DNA from: Patescibacteria group bacterium
GTDB lineage: Bacteria; Patescibacteriota; Patescibacteriia; UBA10025; JAHIVO01
Assembly: GCA_043808365.1 (NCBI GenBank)
Contig: JAZDEZ010000021.1
Span: 128,403 to 192,402, forward strand
Reading direction: 5' to 3'
Length of the DNA stretch: 64,000 nt
Of this stretch, positions 9,076 to 17,834 are shown in pieces. Below the pieces are notes generated by a model. That model was given only the letters and a program-made list of their open reading frames with translations, was not told where the DNA came from and made no database searches. The translations under genes and the position numbers were made by a program. Within the stretch, counting starts at the first letter, position 1; each line of letters begins with the position of its first letter.

Positions 9076-10248
9076 TTAATTAAGCGTGAGTAATTGCGGC
9101 TTGGCAATGAGGATGATTCCGAGCAATAAGATGATAATCCCGCCGATCAGGGTGGCGTACCGGCTGTATTTCCCGGTGCCGCCGGCCATTTTCATGGTCA
9201 TCATGGCGATGGCAAAAACGATCATGTCGTCGAGCATGAAAATGAAAATGTAGAGCAACAGCAGTCCGTAATACTGCCAGCCCGGCAGATCGTTGAGCGC
9301 CACGATTTGGGTGAAAATCGCCGGCAGGCCGGCCGAGCAGGCTAGCTCGATCAGGTTGACGATGGCCGCCAGAACGATAATGCCGCCGATGGCCAAGGGG
9401 AGGGATTTTTTTCTGACGATATCTTTCATGCGATCCAATATTTTCCGGCGCTGGGCGGGATTGGTCACTTCGCACGCGCCGGGGCGGGATTTCCAGAATC
9501 GCCGCAAGTAGTATATGCCGATGCCCAAGGCGACCAGGCCGATCAGTACCTGAACCCAGCGGACGACGCCGATGAATTTGAATAAATTGAACCAGGCCGC
9601 CAGGAACATGAAATAGACCAGTGCAGAAGAGGCGATGAAAATGGTCCCCAGCAGCCACATCCGGCGACGATCCTGCATGCCGATGAGCATGCTGATCAGC
9701 ATGACCAGCACCCACATGGCGCACGGATTGAACCCGTCGATAGCCGCCAGGACGACCGTGACGAATGGCAATGACACTGCCCGCGGATCCACCAGGCCGA
9801 TGAGCGGGATCCGGATTTTGTCCCCTGACGAGGCAGAATCATTGGTCGTCGGCTTTTGGTCCGCGTGTAGTTCCTTCTCGATCAGCGCCTGGATGTCAGC
9901 GCCGGTCGTGTCTGCCGAGCCGAACCCGACGATCATGTCCGATCCGATAAACGTAGCCGGTACGCCCGAGACTGCCTGTCCCCGTTCATTGGCAAAATCC
10001 TGGAGCAGGGCTTGGTTCCCTTCATTGTAATAGACCTCGTAGTAATTGATCTTGAGCTGCTCGCCGTACGTTTTGGCCAGATCAGCGAGGAATATTTTTT
10101 CTTTGGCGCAGTGTGGGCATCCGTCTCCCCAGAAAAAATCGACAGTCGCGGGAGTTATCGCCGCTTGAGCTGGCAGGGCAAAGGCAAACACCAAAAAGAA
10201 GCAGGCCAACAGGATATTTTTTTTAAAATAGTTCGGCATATGGTTCAT
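9076..10248 (-). CDS. thioredoxin-fold domain fused to a CcdA/DsbD-like thiol-disulfide transporter membrane domain
   Basis: Signal peptide, a WGDGCPHCAKEK CxxC motif, then about 6 TM segments carrying conserved Cys. Confidence 0.7.
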   Translation of the reverse strand: MNHMPNYFKKNILLACFFLVFAFALPAQAAITPATVDFFWGDGCPHCAKEKIFLADLAKTYGEQLKINYYEVYYNEGNQALLQDFANERGQAVSGVPATFIGSDMIVGFGSADTTGADIQALIEKELHADQKPTTNDSASSGDKIRIPLIGLVDPRAVSLPFVTVVLAAIDGFNPCAMWVLVMLISMLIGMQDRRRMWLLGTIFIASSALVYFMFLAAWFNLFKFIGVVRWVQVLIGLVALGIGIYYLRRFWKSRPGACEVTNPAQRRKILDRMKDIVRKKSLPLAIGGIIVLAAIVNLIELACSAGLPAIFTQIVALNDLPGWQYYGLLLLYIFIFMLDDMIVFAIAMMTMKMAGGTGKYSRYATLIGGIIILLLGIILIAKPQLLTLN

Positions 10249-10400
10249 TATAACGTTTTTTACGTTTGCGTGATAGTCGGCGGATGATTATTACGTAGGA
10301 AATAATCGCTAACAGGGTAGCGATGGGCACGGCCAGCACCAATCCGATACTGCCGGTTAAAGTCCGGACAATTTCCGTGGCGACTATTCCATTATCTGAA
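10223..10400 (-). pseudogene. C-terminal remnant of a YibE/F-like membrane protein
   Basis: The minus frame reads ...GIVATEIVRTLTGSIGLVLAVPIATLLAIISYVIIIRRLSRKRKKRY...*. There is no start codon or N-terminal part, and the stop at 10223-10225 lies inside the start region of the next gene. Confidence 0.4.
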
Positions 10401-10557
10401 CCAGATTTTTCTAGCCGTAGCCGCCGGCGCCATGCTTTTTATAGCCAGCCACGAACTAATTCCATTCGTAAAAAATATCGGCCTTGAAAAAAAAGCGTCA
10501 TACCTGGGCTTTACAGCGTCAGTGGCGGTATATCTGTCGCTGATACTCATTTTTTAA
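10390..10557 (+). pseudogene. C-terminal remnant of a ZIP-family metal transporter
   Basis: The plus frame reads ...LNQIFLAVAAGAMLFIASHELIPFVKNIGLEKKASYLGFTASVAVYLSLILIF*. The HELIP motif is typical of ZIP C-termini, and no upstream part is present. Confidence 0.5.
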
Positions 10558-10698
10558 GAATAAATTATTTTTCAATGGCAATCGCCTTGCCCTCGTGTTT
10601 TAGGGTTTCGCCATATAAAAAACCCTTGTCAGTGCCGCGACGCAGAATATCGTGTTAGATGGTGCCGCTGCGGTTTATTGTTTTTTTATCAGATAATC

Positions 10699-12096
10699 CT
10701 ATTGCGGACTGGTGAGATTGTCCAGGAATACTTTAGCCAAAGCATTCCGATCGAGCGTATTGAGTTCGCGGGCGGTGGTGGGACGGTACGCCGTATAAGG
10801 GAGCGGCCCCTTTGAAGCTATAAAAAAACTTTGCTGGTGGTATATGAAAGGGAAAGCCTCGTGGAGCGAATAGTAAATTATGTCGAGATAGTACGGATTA
10901 TTATCCGTGTATCCGCCGTATTCCCACAGAGCGAAAGTGCCATAGTCACTCAAGCGGTCGCGAATAATTTTAAAAGCTTCGACAGTGTACAGGCTGGACG
11001 AGCTGGCTACTGCCGGGTTGTCGATATCCACTAGTACGGAATCATATTGGGCCGTGGTGGCGCGCAAGTAATTGAGGCCATCATTAGTAATGAGGGCAAC
11101 CTTCTTATCGCTGAGGATGCTTGAGAACTGGCGGTTTGCGGTAACAACCGCCGGATTTATCTCTACAACGTCAGCTCTGATGTTCGGGAAACTGACTACT
11201 TCGGACAGCGTGCCGCCGCAGCCCAGCCCGATATTCAGGGTCCGGTGTTCGCCCCCGCCGAGCGGTTCGATGGCGTATTTGGCCATTAAGAATTCGGTAA
11301 TTAATCCGCTTCCCTGCCCGTTGTTATCAAAAGAGCATTGGATGCGGTTATCGATCGAGAGGGTCCCATCTTTCACCGTGACCATGCCGTATGGCGAATT
11401 CCCGTAGAATTCGTAACCGGCCGGTGTCTTTAGGCCGAAGGAAAAAATGGATATCTGGCTGTCGACGGGAGCGGTCAAAAGTATGCTAGCCGCCAGCGCA
11501 ACAGCGGCTAGTACGGCCATCCGTTTCCAGCGGTGCGGCAGGATGACGAGGCTGGACGCCAGGTTGAAGCCGACTGCGCAGAGGACGGCAGCGCGGTTGC
11601 CCCACAGCGGAATAAAGATAAACCCGGCCAGGAGTGAGCCGGCAATCGCTCCGGCAATATCCGAGGCATACGCCAGGCCGGCCACTTCCCCGTCCTTTTT
11701 ATGGAGCATGGCGGTGGCCAACGGAAAAGCGGCGCCGAGTATGGCCGTGGGCACCAGCAGGATAGCCAGGCTGGCGACGGCCACGCCCCATCCGGACATC
11801 TGCGGAGTGATGACCGTAAGATTTGTCAGAACAATGCATCCATAACCGGCAACAAGTAATTGGAATACCCCGAATAGCAATTCTCGTTCGCGGACTTTAT
11901 GTAATATTTGGTGCATCATGGCGGCTCCGAGTCCTAGGCCGAACAGGAAAACTGCGAGGATGGTGGCGACGGAGTAGCTACTTTTCGTGAAATAGAAAAA
12001 CATTATCGTAGTGGCCACCACTTCGTAAATCAGCGATGAGGCGGCGCTGAATGCGAGTGAAGCCTGAACCGTTAAATTGTTCCAGTGTATTTTCAC
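10699..12096 (-). CDS. membrane-anchored spermidine synthase-like (polyamine aminopropyltransferase family) protein
   Basis: 465 aa with an N-terminal multi-TM block followed by LNIGLGCGGT, a SAM-fold glycine motif. GTG start. Confidence 0.65.
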   Translation of the reverse strand: MKIHWNNLTVQASLAFSAASSLIYEVVATTIMFFYFTKSSYSVATILAVFLFGLGLGAAMMHQILHKVRERELLFGVFQLLVAGYGCIVLTNLTVITPQMSGWGVAVASLAILLVPTAILGAAFPLATAMLHKKDGEVAGLAYASDIAGAIAGSLLAGFIFIPLWGNRAAVLCAVGFNLASSLVILPHRWKRMAVLAAVALAASILLTAPVDSQISIFSFGLKTPAGYEFYGNSPYGMVTVKDGTLSIDNRIQCSFDNNGQGSGLITEFLMAKYAIEPLGGGEHRTLNIGLGCGGTLSEVVSFPNIRADVVEINPAVVTANRQFSSILSDKKVALITNDGLNYLRATTAQYDSVLVDIDNPAVASSSSLYTVEAFKIIRDRLSDYGTFALWEYGGYTDNNPYYLDIIYYSLHEAFPFIYHQQSFFIASKGPLPYTAYRPTTARELNTLDRNALAKVFLDNLTSPQ

Positions 12097-12338
12097 GATA
12101 CTATATTCCGTTAATAGGAAGCGTTTAATTATTCTTATGTATGGTGGTAAATTTGGCGCAACGAAATAAATAAAATGCCATTATTTCATAGGAAAAGTAT
12201 ACCACATGGGGTCAAAGGATGATATTTTGCATGGTTGGCTTGAGGGCCGTACGATAACCTGGTTGCATAATGGGCGCAGTCTATGATACGCGTTTTGCCT
12301 GGGTGAGTGGCGAACCACTGAGGGGAAGGAACTCGGGC

Positions 12339-12367
12339 TTGATTGTTTAGTGCTTATGAAGTATACT
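12339..12367 (+). promoter_or_regulatory. sigma70-type promoter of csp
   Basis: TTGATT, a 17-nt spacer, then TATACT. This leaves a 5' UTR of roughly 70 nt. Confidence 0.6.
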
Positions 12368-12440
12368 CAGCGCGTAATAGGTCGAATTTCATCATCATTA
12401 TCCCTATCCATCTAATTAGCATAGAACCAATTCCAACTCT

Positions 12441-12638
12441 ATGAACGGAACTATCAAAAAGTTGACCGACAAGAACTTCGGGTTCATCATCGTCGAGGGA
12501 CAGGCCAAAGACCTGTTTTTCCACGCCAATGAGCTCCAAGGGGTGGCATTCACCGACCTCCACGAAGGTGACGCAGTCACATTCGAGGTTTCAGACACGC
12601 CAAAAGGGCCAGCCGCGGTCAAGGTCAGCAAAGCTTAA
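12441..12638 (+). CDS. csp: cold-shock domain protein (CspA family)
   Basis: 65 aa with NFGFI and FFHANEL, which are RNP1/RNP2-like motifs. Confidence 0.9.
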   Translation: MNGTIKKLTDKNFGFIIVEGQAKDLFFHANELQGVAFTDLHEGDAVTFEVSDTPKGPAAVKVSKA

Positions 12639-12666
12639 TTCAAATCTGAATTATACGAAAAGGCGC
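12540..12666 (+). repeat. 127-bp direct repeat, copy 1 (3' third of csp plus 28 nt downstream)
   Basis: 118/127 identical to 15154-15280 by hand alignment. Confidence 0.9.
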
Positions 12667-12690
12667 AGATCATATTGATCGCGCTTTTTT
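12663..12690 (+). terminator. rho-independent terminator of csp
   Basis: GCGCAGATCA-TAT-TGATCGCGC followed by T6. Confidence 0.7.
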
Positions 12691-12755
12691 GATTTGTAGG
12701 AAAAATAAAAAAACCCCCCAGTTGACAATGCAGCTAGGAGGTTTGGAGTTGTGGA

Positions 12756-15007
12756 CTATTTTCTTTTTTTTCTCTCTTTTTTCACACGTTTGGGTATGCG
12801 TTGGTAGGCCAGAACCTGCTCTCGTCGAAATGCTTTCTTTGGTATACCCGCGAGCCGACAACCTTCATACAAGCTGTCGAATCGATCAGCGATAGTTGCC
12901 CCTGAAGGCATTTTGTATTGGGAACAAAGGTCTGGATGAGAAGGCGCTCGACCATATTTTCGGTAAAAATCGATAAGCTTCTCGAGCAATTCTTTATCGC
13001 TGATTACCTTTTTATGGCCAGTGCCCAATATGCCTGCAAGCTCGCGCGCTTTTTGTAGCGAACCGAATCGTCGCGCAAATACAGATGACGAGGGTAGGCC
13101 ACTTTTTCCGCCGACATCACTGTCTGTTGGCGGCCTGCCTAGTTTCCGGTAAAACTTCTTCAGCTCAGCCAATATAACTTGATTGTCAGTATTTTTTGTT
13201 ATTTTTTTTTCAGGTATACCGGCAAGTTTGCAAGCCTTGCCCATACTACCGAAGTTACGGATAAAGGCTGCTGAAGATGGAAGGTGGTTTCTAGGACCCA
13301 GGTCGTTGGTTTGAGGGGGCCGGCTATATGTTTCGTAAAACCAGCTCAGTACGCTGAGTAGTTCTTCTTTGCTTAGCTTCACATAGGTCTTGAACAGAGC
13401 CCTGTCGGGTATGCCGGCAAACCAACATGCCTGAAATAATCCCCCAAACCGCCTGGTCAAAGAATTATCAGATGGAATATTATCCCGAATGCCGAGCTCC
13501 TCTCTTCGTGGCGCACGTCTGTACCTCGTGTAAAACGCAAACAACCTATCTAAAATAACCTCATCACTGGTTATACGTAGACTAAATGCGTTTTGCGGGA
13601 TGCCAGCTAGCACACACGCATGATAGAGCGAGCCAAACTGCGCTCTAAATGTGCTATGTGCAGGCATGCCATGTTCGGCACAACAGTCAGAATGTACAGG
13701 TGCCTTACCATGAGCCTTATAAAAATTCCACAAATATTGGAGCAGCCGTTCTTTGGTGAGCGGGAATTTTGCCTGCTGAAGGAGTTTGGTAATCTTTTTT
13801 GCTCGTTCAGCAAACTTAATCTCGCCCCAGTCGACCTGGAATTTTTTCCGCCCCTTTCCTATATGGAGTTTGCGGGATTTTGAAATAATCCCAAGTTTGA
13901 CTCGCAATTCATCCAGGAATACCAGGCGTTCGCAATTCGCGACAAAGTCGAGCACAAGCACCCGGCTTTTTCCCGGGACTTTGCGCAGACCGCGGCCAAG
14001 CTGCTGCCGGAAAATTCGCGGCGACTGGGTTGAGCGGAGAAAAACCAATACGTTCGCTTCGGGAATATCGATCCCCTCATTGAACTGGTCTACTGTAACG
14101 GCCGTACGCACCATTCCGCGGCGAACCCATTCCATCCGTTTTTCCCGTTCTGTACGTGGAATGCTTGAATGAACAGATACCGCCCCCGGCATCATAGTGG
14201 CAAATGTGTTTGCGTGTTCGATACTGGCGTCAAATACGATAATGCGTGCATCAAGCATGTTCCGTGTCCGGTCCAAAATTACCTGAACGATTTCCTCGTC
14301 ACGCTTCCGTGAAAAGAAGATACGATTCAATTTTGAAACCGTGATGAGATGCGGCGGGACATTCAGTCTGCCCTTGTTTACGATTTCATCAGCCAGTACT
14401 CTGTAGTCAACGGGCGTGAGTAAGCCTCGGACGAGCGCCTCTTCAAGGTCAAGACTATAGACTTCGGGACCGAAGATTTCCCGGATATCTACCATATCCA
14501 TGCGATCAGGTGTTGCTGTCATGCCGAGCAAGAACGCCGGTTTAAAGTAGTCGATGACTTCCCGGTAGGTCGGCGCTTGGCCATGGTGGGATTCGTCAAC
14601 CACGATATAGTCGAAACGTTTCTTGCCAAAGGGGTTCCGTTTTTTCGCCTTGAAGTTAGGAGCGAAGTCTGAAGACTTTGAAACGTGGCAAACGTGATAT
14701 CGGCGCGCGATTCCTTCTGGTACCCATTGAATGACCCGTAGGTCACCTCGCGCCCAAAAATCCGACGATATGAAATTTTCGCCTGTTCCAGCAGGTCATT
14801 TTGGTGTGCCAAGAACAATAGGCGTGCATCGGGACGCTGTTGTCGAAAACGCTGGAAATCAAACGCAGACGTATATGTCTTTCCAAGGCCCGATGCCATC
14901 ACATACAGTACGGTGGTCAGGCCTTTCCGTCGCATCCGCGCAATCGCGGCCAAACATTCTTTTTGATGTGGCCATGCGACAATTCTCTTCTTCATGGTAT
15001 ACCTCAC
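12756..15007 (-). pseudogene. SF2 (DEAD/DEAH, type III restriction Res-like) helicase, frameshifted, with C-terminal repeat array
   Basis: The N-terminal ORF (14519-15007) carries MASGLGKTY (motif I). The C-terminal ORF (12756-14603), extended upstream in its frame, reads FDYIVVDESHH (motif II) and MTATP (motif III). The frames switch near 14670-14690. Confidence 0.7.
12828..13760 (-). repeat. five tandem ~60-aa coding repeats in the helicase C-terminus
   Basis: Each unit reads ...FY..(Y/H)GR.P...D......P.....(F)..(R)FGS(L)..A...AGIP. This resembles the homing-endonuclease-associated repeat, from memory of that Pfam family. Confidence 0.6.
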
Positions 15008-15153
15008 TGACTATCGTTTATTGTTACTTATTTCATTGTTAAGGATCACTACAAATGATGATTTATGTAGTGCGTCATCATAGTATAATGAACCGCACAA
15101 GTCAATATTAAAAACCATGAACTCTGAGGCTCCGCTTAGGATGATTTTCTGCT

Positions 15154-15280
15154 GGGGTGGCATTCACCGACCTCCACGAAGGTGACGCGGTCACATTCGA
15201 GGTCTCGGACACGCCCAAGGGCCCAGCCGCGGTCAAGGTCAGTAAAGCTTAATTCAAACTTGAATTATACGAAAAGGCGC
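15154..15280 (+). repeat. 127-bp direct repeat, copy 2 (orphan csp 3' fragment plus downstream)
   Basis: It has 9 differences from copy 1. The 7 inside the csp frame are all third-position and synonymous. Its own hairpin plus T5 lies at 15276-15305. Confidence 0.9.
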
Positions 15281-15362
15281 TCGTCATGCTGACAAGTGCC
15301 TTTTTAGTATGACTCTGGCTGCTGTTCGTCCCGCGAAAAGTCTGGATAGGCCAGTCTTAATA

Positions 15363-16514
15363 TTAAGCGAGTTCGATGACGAATTCCGCTCCTTTGCTAT
15401 TCATGGGCTGTTGGGCATGGATTTTCCAGCCGTGCGCTTCGACAATTTCTTTGGTAATAGACAGTCCGAGCCCCATGCCGCCGGTGGAGCGGCTGCGCGA
15501 TTTATCCAGCCGAAAAAACCTCTCAAAAATATTTTGCAGGTGGGCGGGCGGGATGCCGACGCCATTATCCGAGAATATTATTTGTTTATCTGTTGCACTG
15601 ATGGTGATCAGTGACGCCTGGGAATAGCGGATAGCGTTTTCAATCAGGTTGGTAAATATCCTTTCGAGCAATACTGAGTCGGCGTTGATGGCGAGATGGT
15701 CGGGGATGTCCTGCTTGGCGGTGATTTTTTTTTCGGCCAGCCGGCTATCGTATGTTGAGATAATTTTTGATGCAAATGCCCGGACCATCACCGGCGCTTT
15801 TTGTATGGTTATGGATTGGCTGCGGAAATACGCATAGTCCTGCAAGCCTTCAGTCAATTCGTGCAGACGGGCCACCTGCACCTGTAAAAGTTTTATACGC
15901 TCCGGATCCATTTTGAGCACCCCATCCTGGACGCCTTCGAGCTGGGCTTGCAGGCTGGCCAGAGGCGTACGCAGCTCATGTGACGCGTCTGAAATTAAAT
16001 TTTTGCGAAGTTCTTCTATTCGCTGCAATTCAGAGGCCAAGCTGTTGAATTCATGGACGATGGTATTGAATTCTTCCGAATTTTTTTCTTCCGACAGCCG
16101 GAGCTGGTAATGGCTTTGGCGGAGTTTTTTGAGGCCATCGCTCAATTTATCCAACGGCTTGGAGATGGTGCGTGAAATCAAATAGCCGATTCCGATCGCG
16201 CCGGCCAGCGCCGCCAGTCCGATAATAAGCAACGATGACTGGAATCGGACGCGAAAATGCTCCGCCGGCGTCAGCTCGGTTCCCGCGATGGGCCCGCCGA
16301 TGGCAAAACCCTGGCCATACCACGGCGCGATCAGGGGGACGCGGCCTGACGGCGGCGCTTCTTGGTCGATAAAAATATGGTAGACGTCGTTAAAAGCCCG
16401 CTCGCCGCGCTTGACCACCAAAAAATTCAGGGAAACGAGAAGAACTACGATCAATCCGGTGATGATCAGCACGACGCGGAAGCTGATTTTCTTGAAAATT
16501 TTATTCAGATCCAT
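15363..16514 (-). CDS. sensor histidine kinase (TM-HAMP-HisKA-HATPase)
   Basis: SHELRTPL H-box plus N, G1 and G2 boxes (DNGVGIP, GGMGLGLSI). The start at 16514 overlaps the response-regulator stop by 14 nt. 16538 is an alternative start. Confidence 0.85.
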   Translation of the reverse strand: MDLNKIFKKISFRVVLIITGLIVVLLVSLNFLVVKRGERAFNDVYHIFIDQEAPPSGRVPLIAPWYGQGFAIGGPIAGTELTPAEHFRVRFQSSLLIIGLAALAGAIGIGYLISRTISKPLDKLSDGLKKLRQSHYQLRLSEEKNSEEFNTIVHEFNSLASELQRIEELRKNLISDASHELRTPLASLQAQLEGVQDGVLKMDPERIKLLQVQVARLHELTEGLQDYAYFRSQSITIQKAPVMVRAFASKIISTYDSRLAEKKITAKQDIPDHLAINADSVLLERIFTNLIENAIRYSQASLITISATDKQIIFSDNGVGIPPAHLQNIFERFFRLDKSRSRSTGGMGLGLSITKEIVEAHGWKIHAQQPMNSKGAEFVIELA

Positions 16515-17172
16515 TGGAAAATTTATAACCCATGCCAATAATTGTTTTTATGTAGGTTGGATTTTGCGGATCATCGCCGATCAGTTTGCGAATGGTTTTG
16601 ATGTGCGCGTCGATGGTCCGTTCCATGGCCTGGCGAAGGCCTTTGTCGTCTCCAATGGAGGAAAGGAGCTCGCTTCGGGTGAATACCTTGCCGGGTTGAT
16701 GTGCCAAGGTATGGAGAATTTTGAATTGGGTGGTGGTCAGCGGTATGGACCGGCCGTTTTTTTTAACCAGCATTTTTTCCTCGTCAATCTTCAGCCCGTT
16801 TGAGGATATGGCCGGTTCGTCAGCGCGCCGCAAGAGTGTTTGTATTCGAGCGACAAGAATTTTTGGCGAAAACGGCTTTTTGATATAGTCATCCGCGCCG
16901 ATCGACAGTCCCTTGAGTTCGTCCAATTCTTCTGTCCGGGCGGTAACCATAATGATCGGCACCTTGGATTTTTTTCTGATTTCCTTGGCCACTTCGATCC
17001 CGTCGCGGTTTGGGAGGTTCAGGTCCAGGACGACCAGGCTGATTGACGAATTGAATTTCAGCAGGGCCACTTCCCCGCTGGTCGCTTCTTCCACGGCAAA
17101 ACCCTCGCGTTGGAGGTACTGTTTTATTACCTCTCGGATTGATTCTTCATCTTCGACAATGAGGATTTTCAT
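16501..17172 (-). CDS. OmpR-family response regulator
   Basis: Receiver domain (ILIVEDE...VVLDLNLP) plus a winged-helix C-terminus (GMGYKF). Confidence 0.9.
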   Translation of the reverse strand: MKILIVEDEESIREVIKQYLQREGFAVEEATSGEVALLKFNSSISLVVLDLNLPNRDGIEVAKEIRKKSKVPIIMVTARTEELDELKGLSIGADDYIKKPFSPKILVARIQTLLRRADEPAISSNGLKIDEEKMLVKKNGRSIPLTTTQFKILHTLAHQPGKVFTRSELLSSIGDDKGLRQAMERTIDAHIKTIRKLIGDDPQNPTYIKTIIGMGYKFSNGSE

Positions 17173-17244
17173 GGTAACTTTAGCGTTATGGCTGTGAGTA
17201 GTAGGGATTTTTTATACACCACTTATGAAATTTTATCAAGCCGT

Positions 17245-17775
17245 TTATTGTACGGCCGCGTTGGTGCTGTCGGGTATAGCTGGAGGAGTCACCGTTTCAG
17301 CGGGGTTCACCTGAAGGATCTGAGCCGTAATACTGTTGTCGGTATTGGCAGTGCCTGTTGCCCGTACGGTAACGCCGACAGTTAAATCACCGGCGGTGGC
17401 GGTAGCAGACTTGGTGATGGCCGTGGATGAGGAGTAATAGACGACTTTTGTGCTGTTGTCCTGCTGTTTGACGGTGATGCTTTGGCTGTCCATACTGACG
17501 ATTTCGCCGCTTATCATTCCGCCACCGCCGAATTGCCGGCTGCCACTGGTGCCACCCGGGAAATTTCCGTTGGGAGACGTACCCATGCCGTTGACGACAA
17601 GGCCTCCGCCGAAACCGCCTGAGGACAGCCCGAGGCTATTCATTTTAGCGGTCAGCTCTTGCCCGGTGAGGCCAGAAAGTGAGTCGCGGCTTTTTTGGAA
17701 TGTCATGCCGCCGAAGAACGCGCCTGCAGTGACGATGATGGCGATGACCAACGTGACGAGGAGTTGTTTTTTCAT
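17245..17775 (-). CDS. secreted Gly-rich protein with C-terminal beta domain (DUF5666-like?)
   Basis: Signal anchor, a GGFGGG-rich linker, then SGEIVSMDSQSITVK..., an OB-like segment. Confidence 0.45.
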   Translation of the reverse strand: MKKQLLVTLVIAIIVTAGAFFGGMTFQKSRDSLSGLTGQELTAKMNSLGLSSGGFGGGLVVNGMGTSPNGNFPGGTSGSRQFGGGGMISGEIVSMDSQSITVKQQDNSTKVVYYSSSTAITKSATATAGDLTVGVTVRATGTANTDNSITAQILQVNPAETVTPPAIPDSTNAAVQ

Positions 17776-17834
17776 TATGGTTTGTTAGTAAGTAGTTAGT
17801 GATTAGTAAAAAGTAATTAGAAGTTATCGTGGCG

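Larger units (their letters stand above)
12667..15153. mobile_element. inserted 2.5-kb segment between the csp repeats, a putative remnant of an integrated element
   Basis: It is bracketed by the 127-bp repeats. Its only cargo is a disrupted helicase with its own upstream region. No integrase is visible. Confidence 0.5.
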
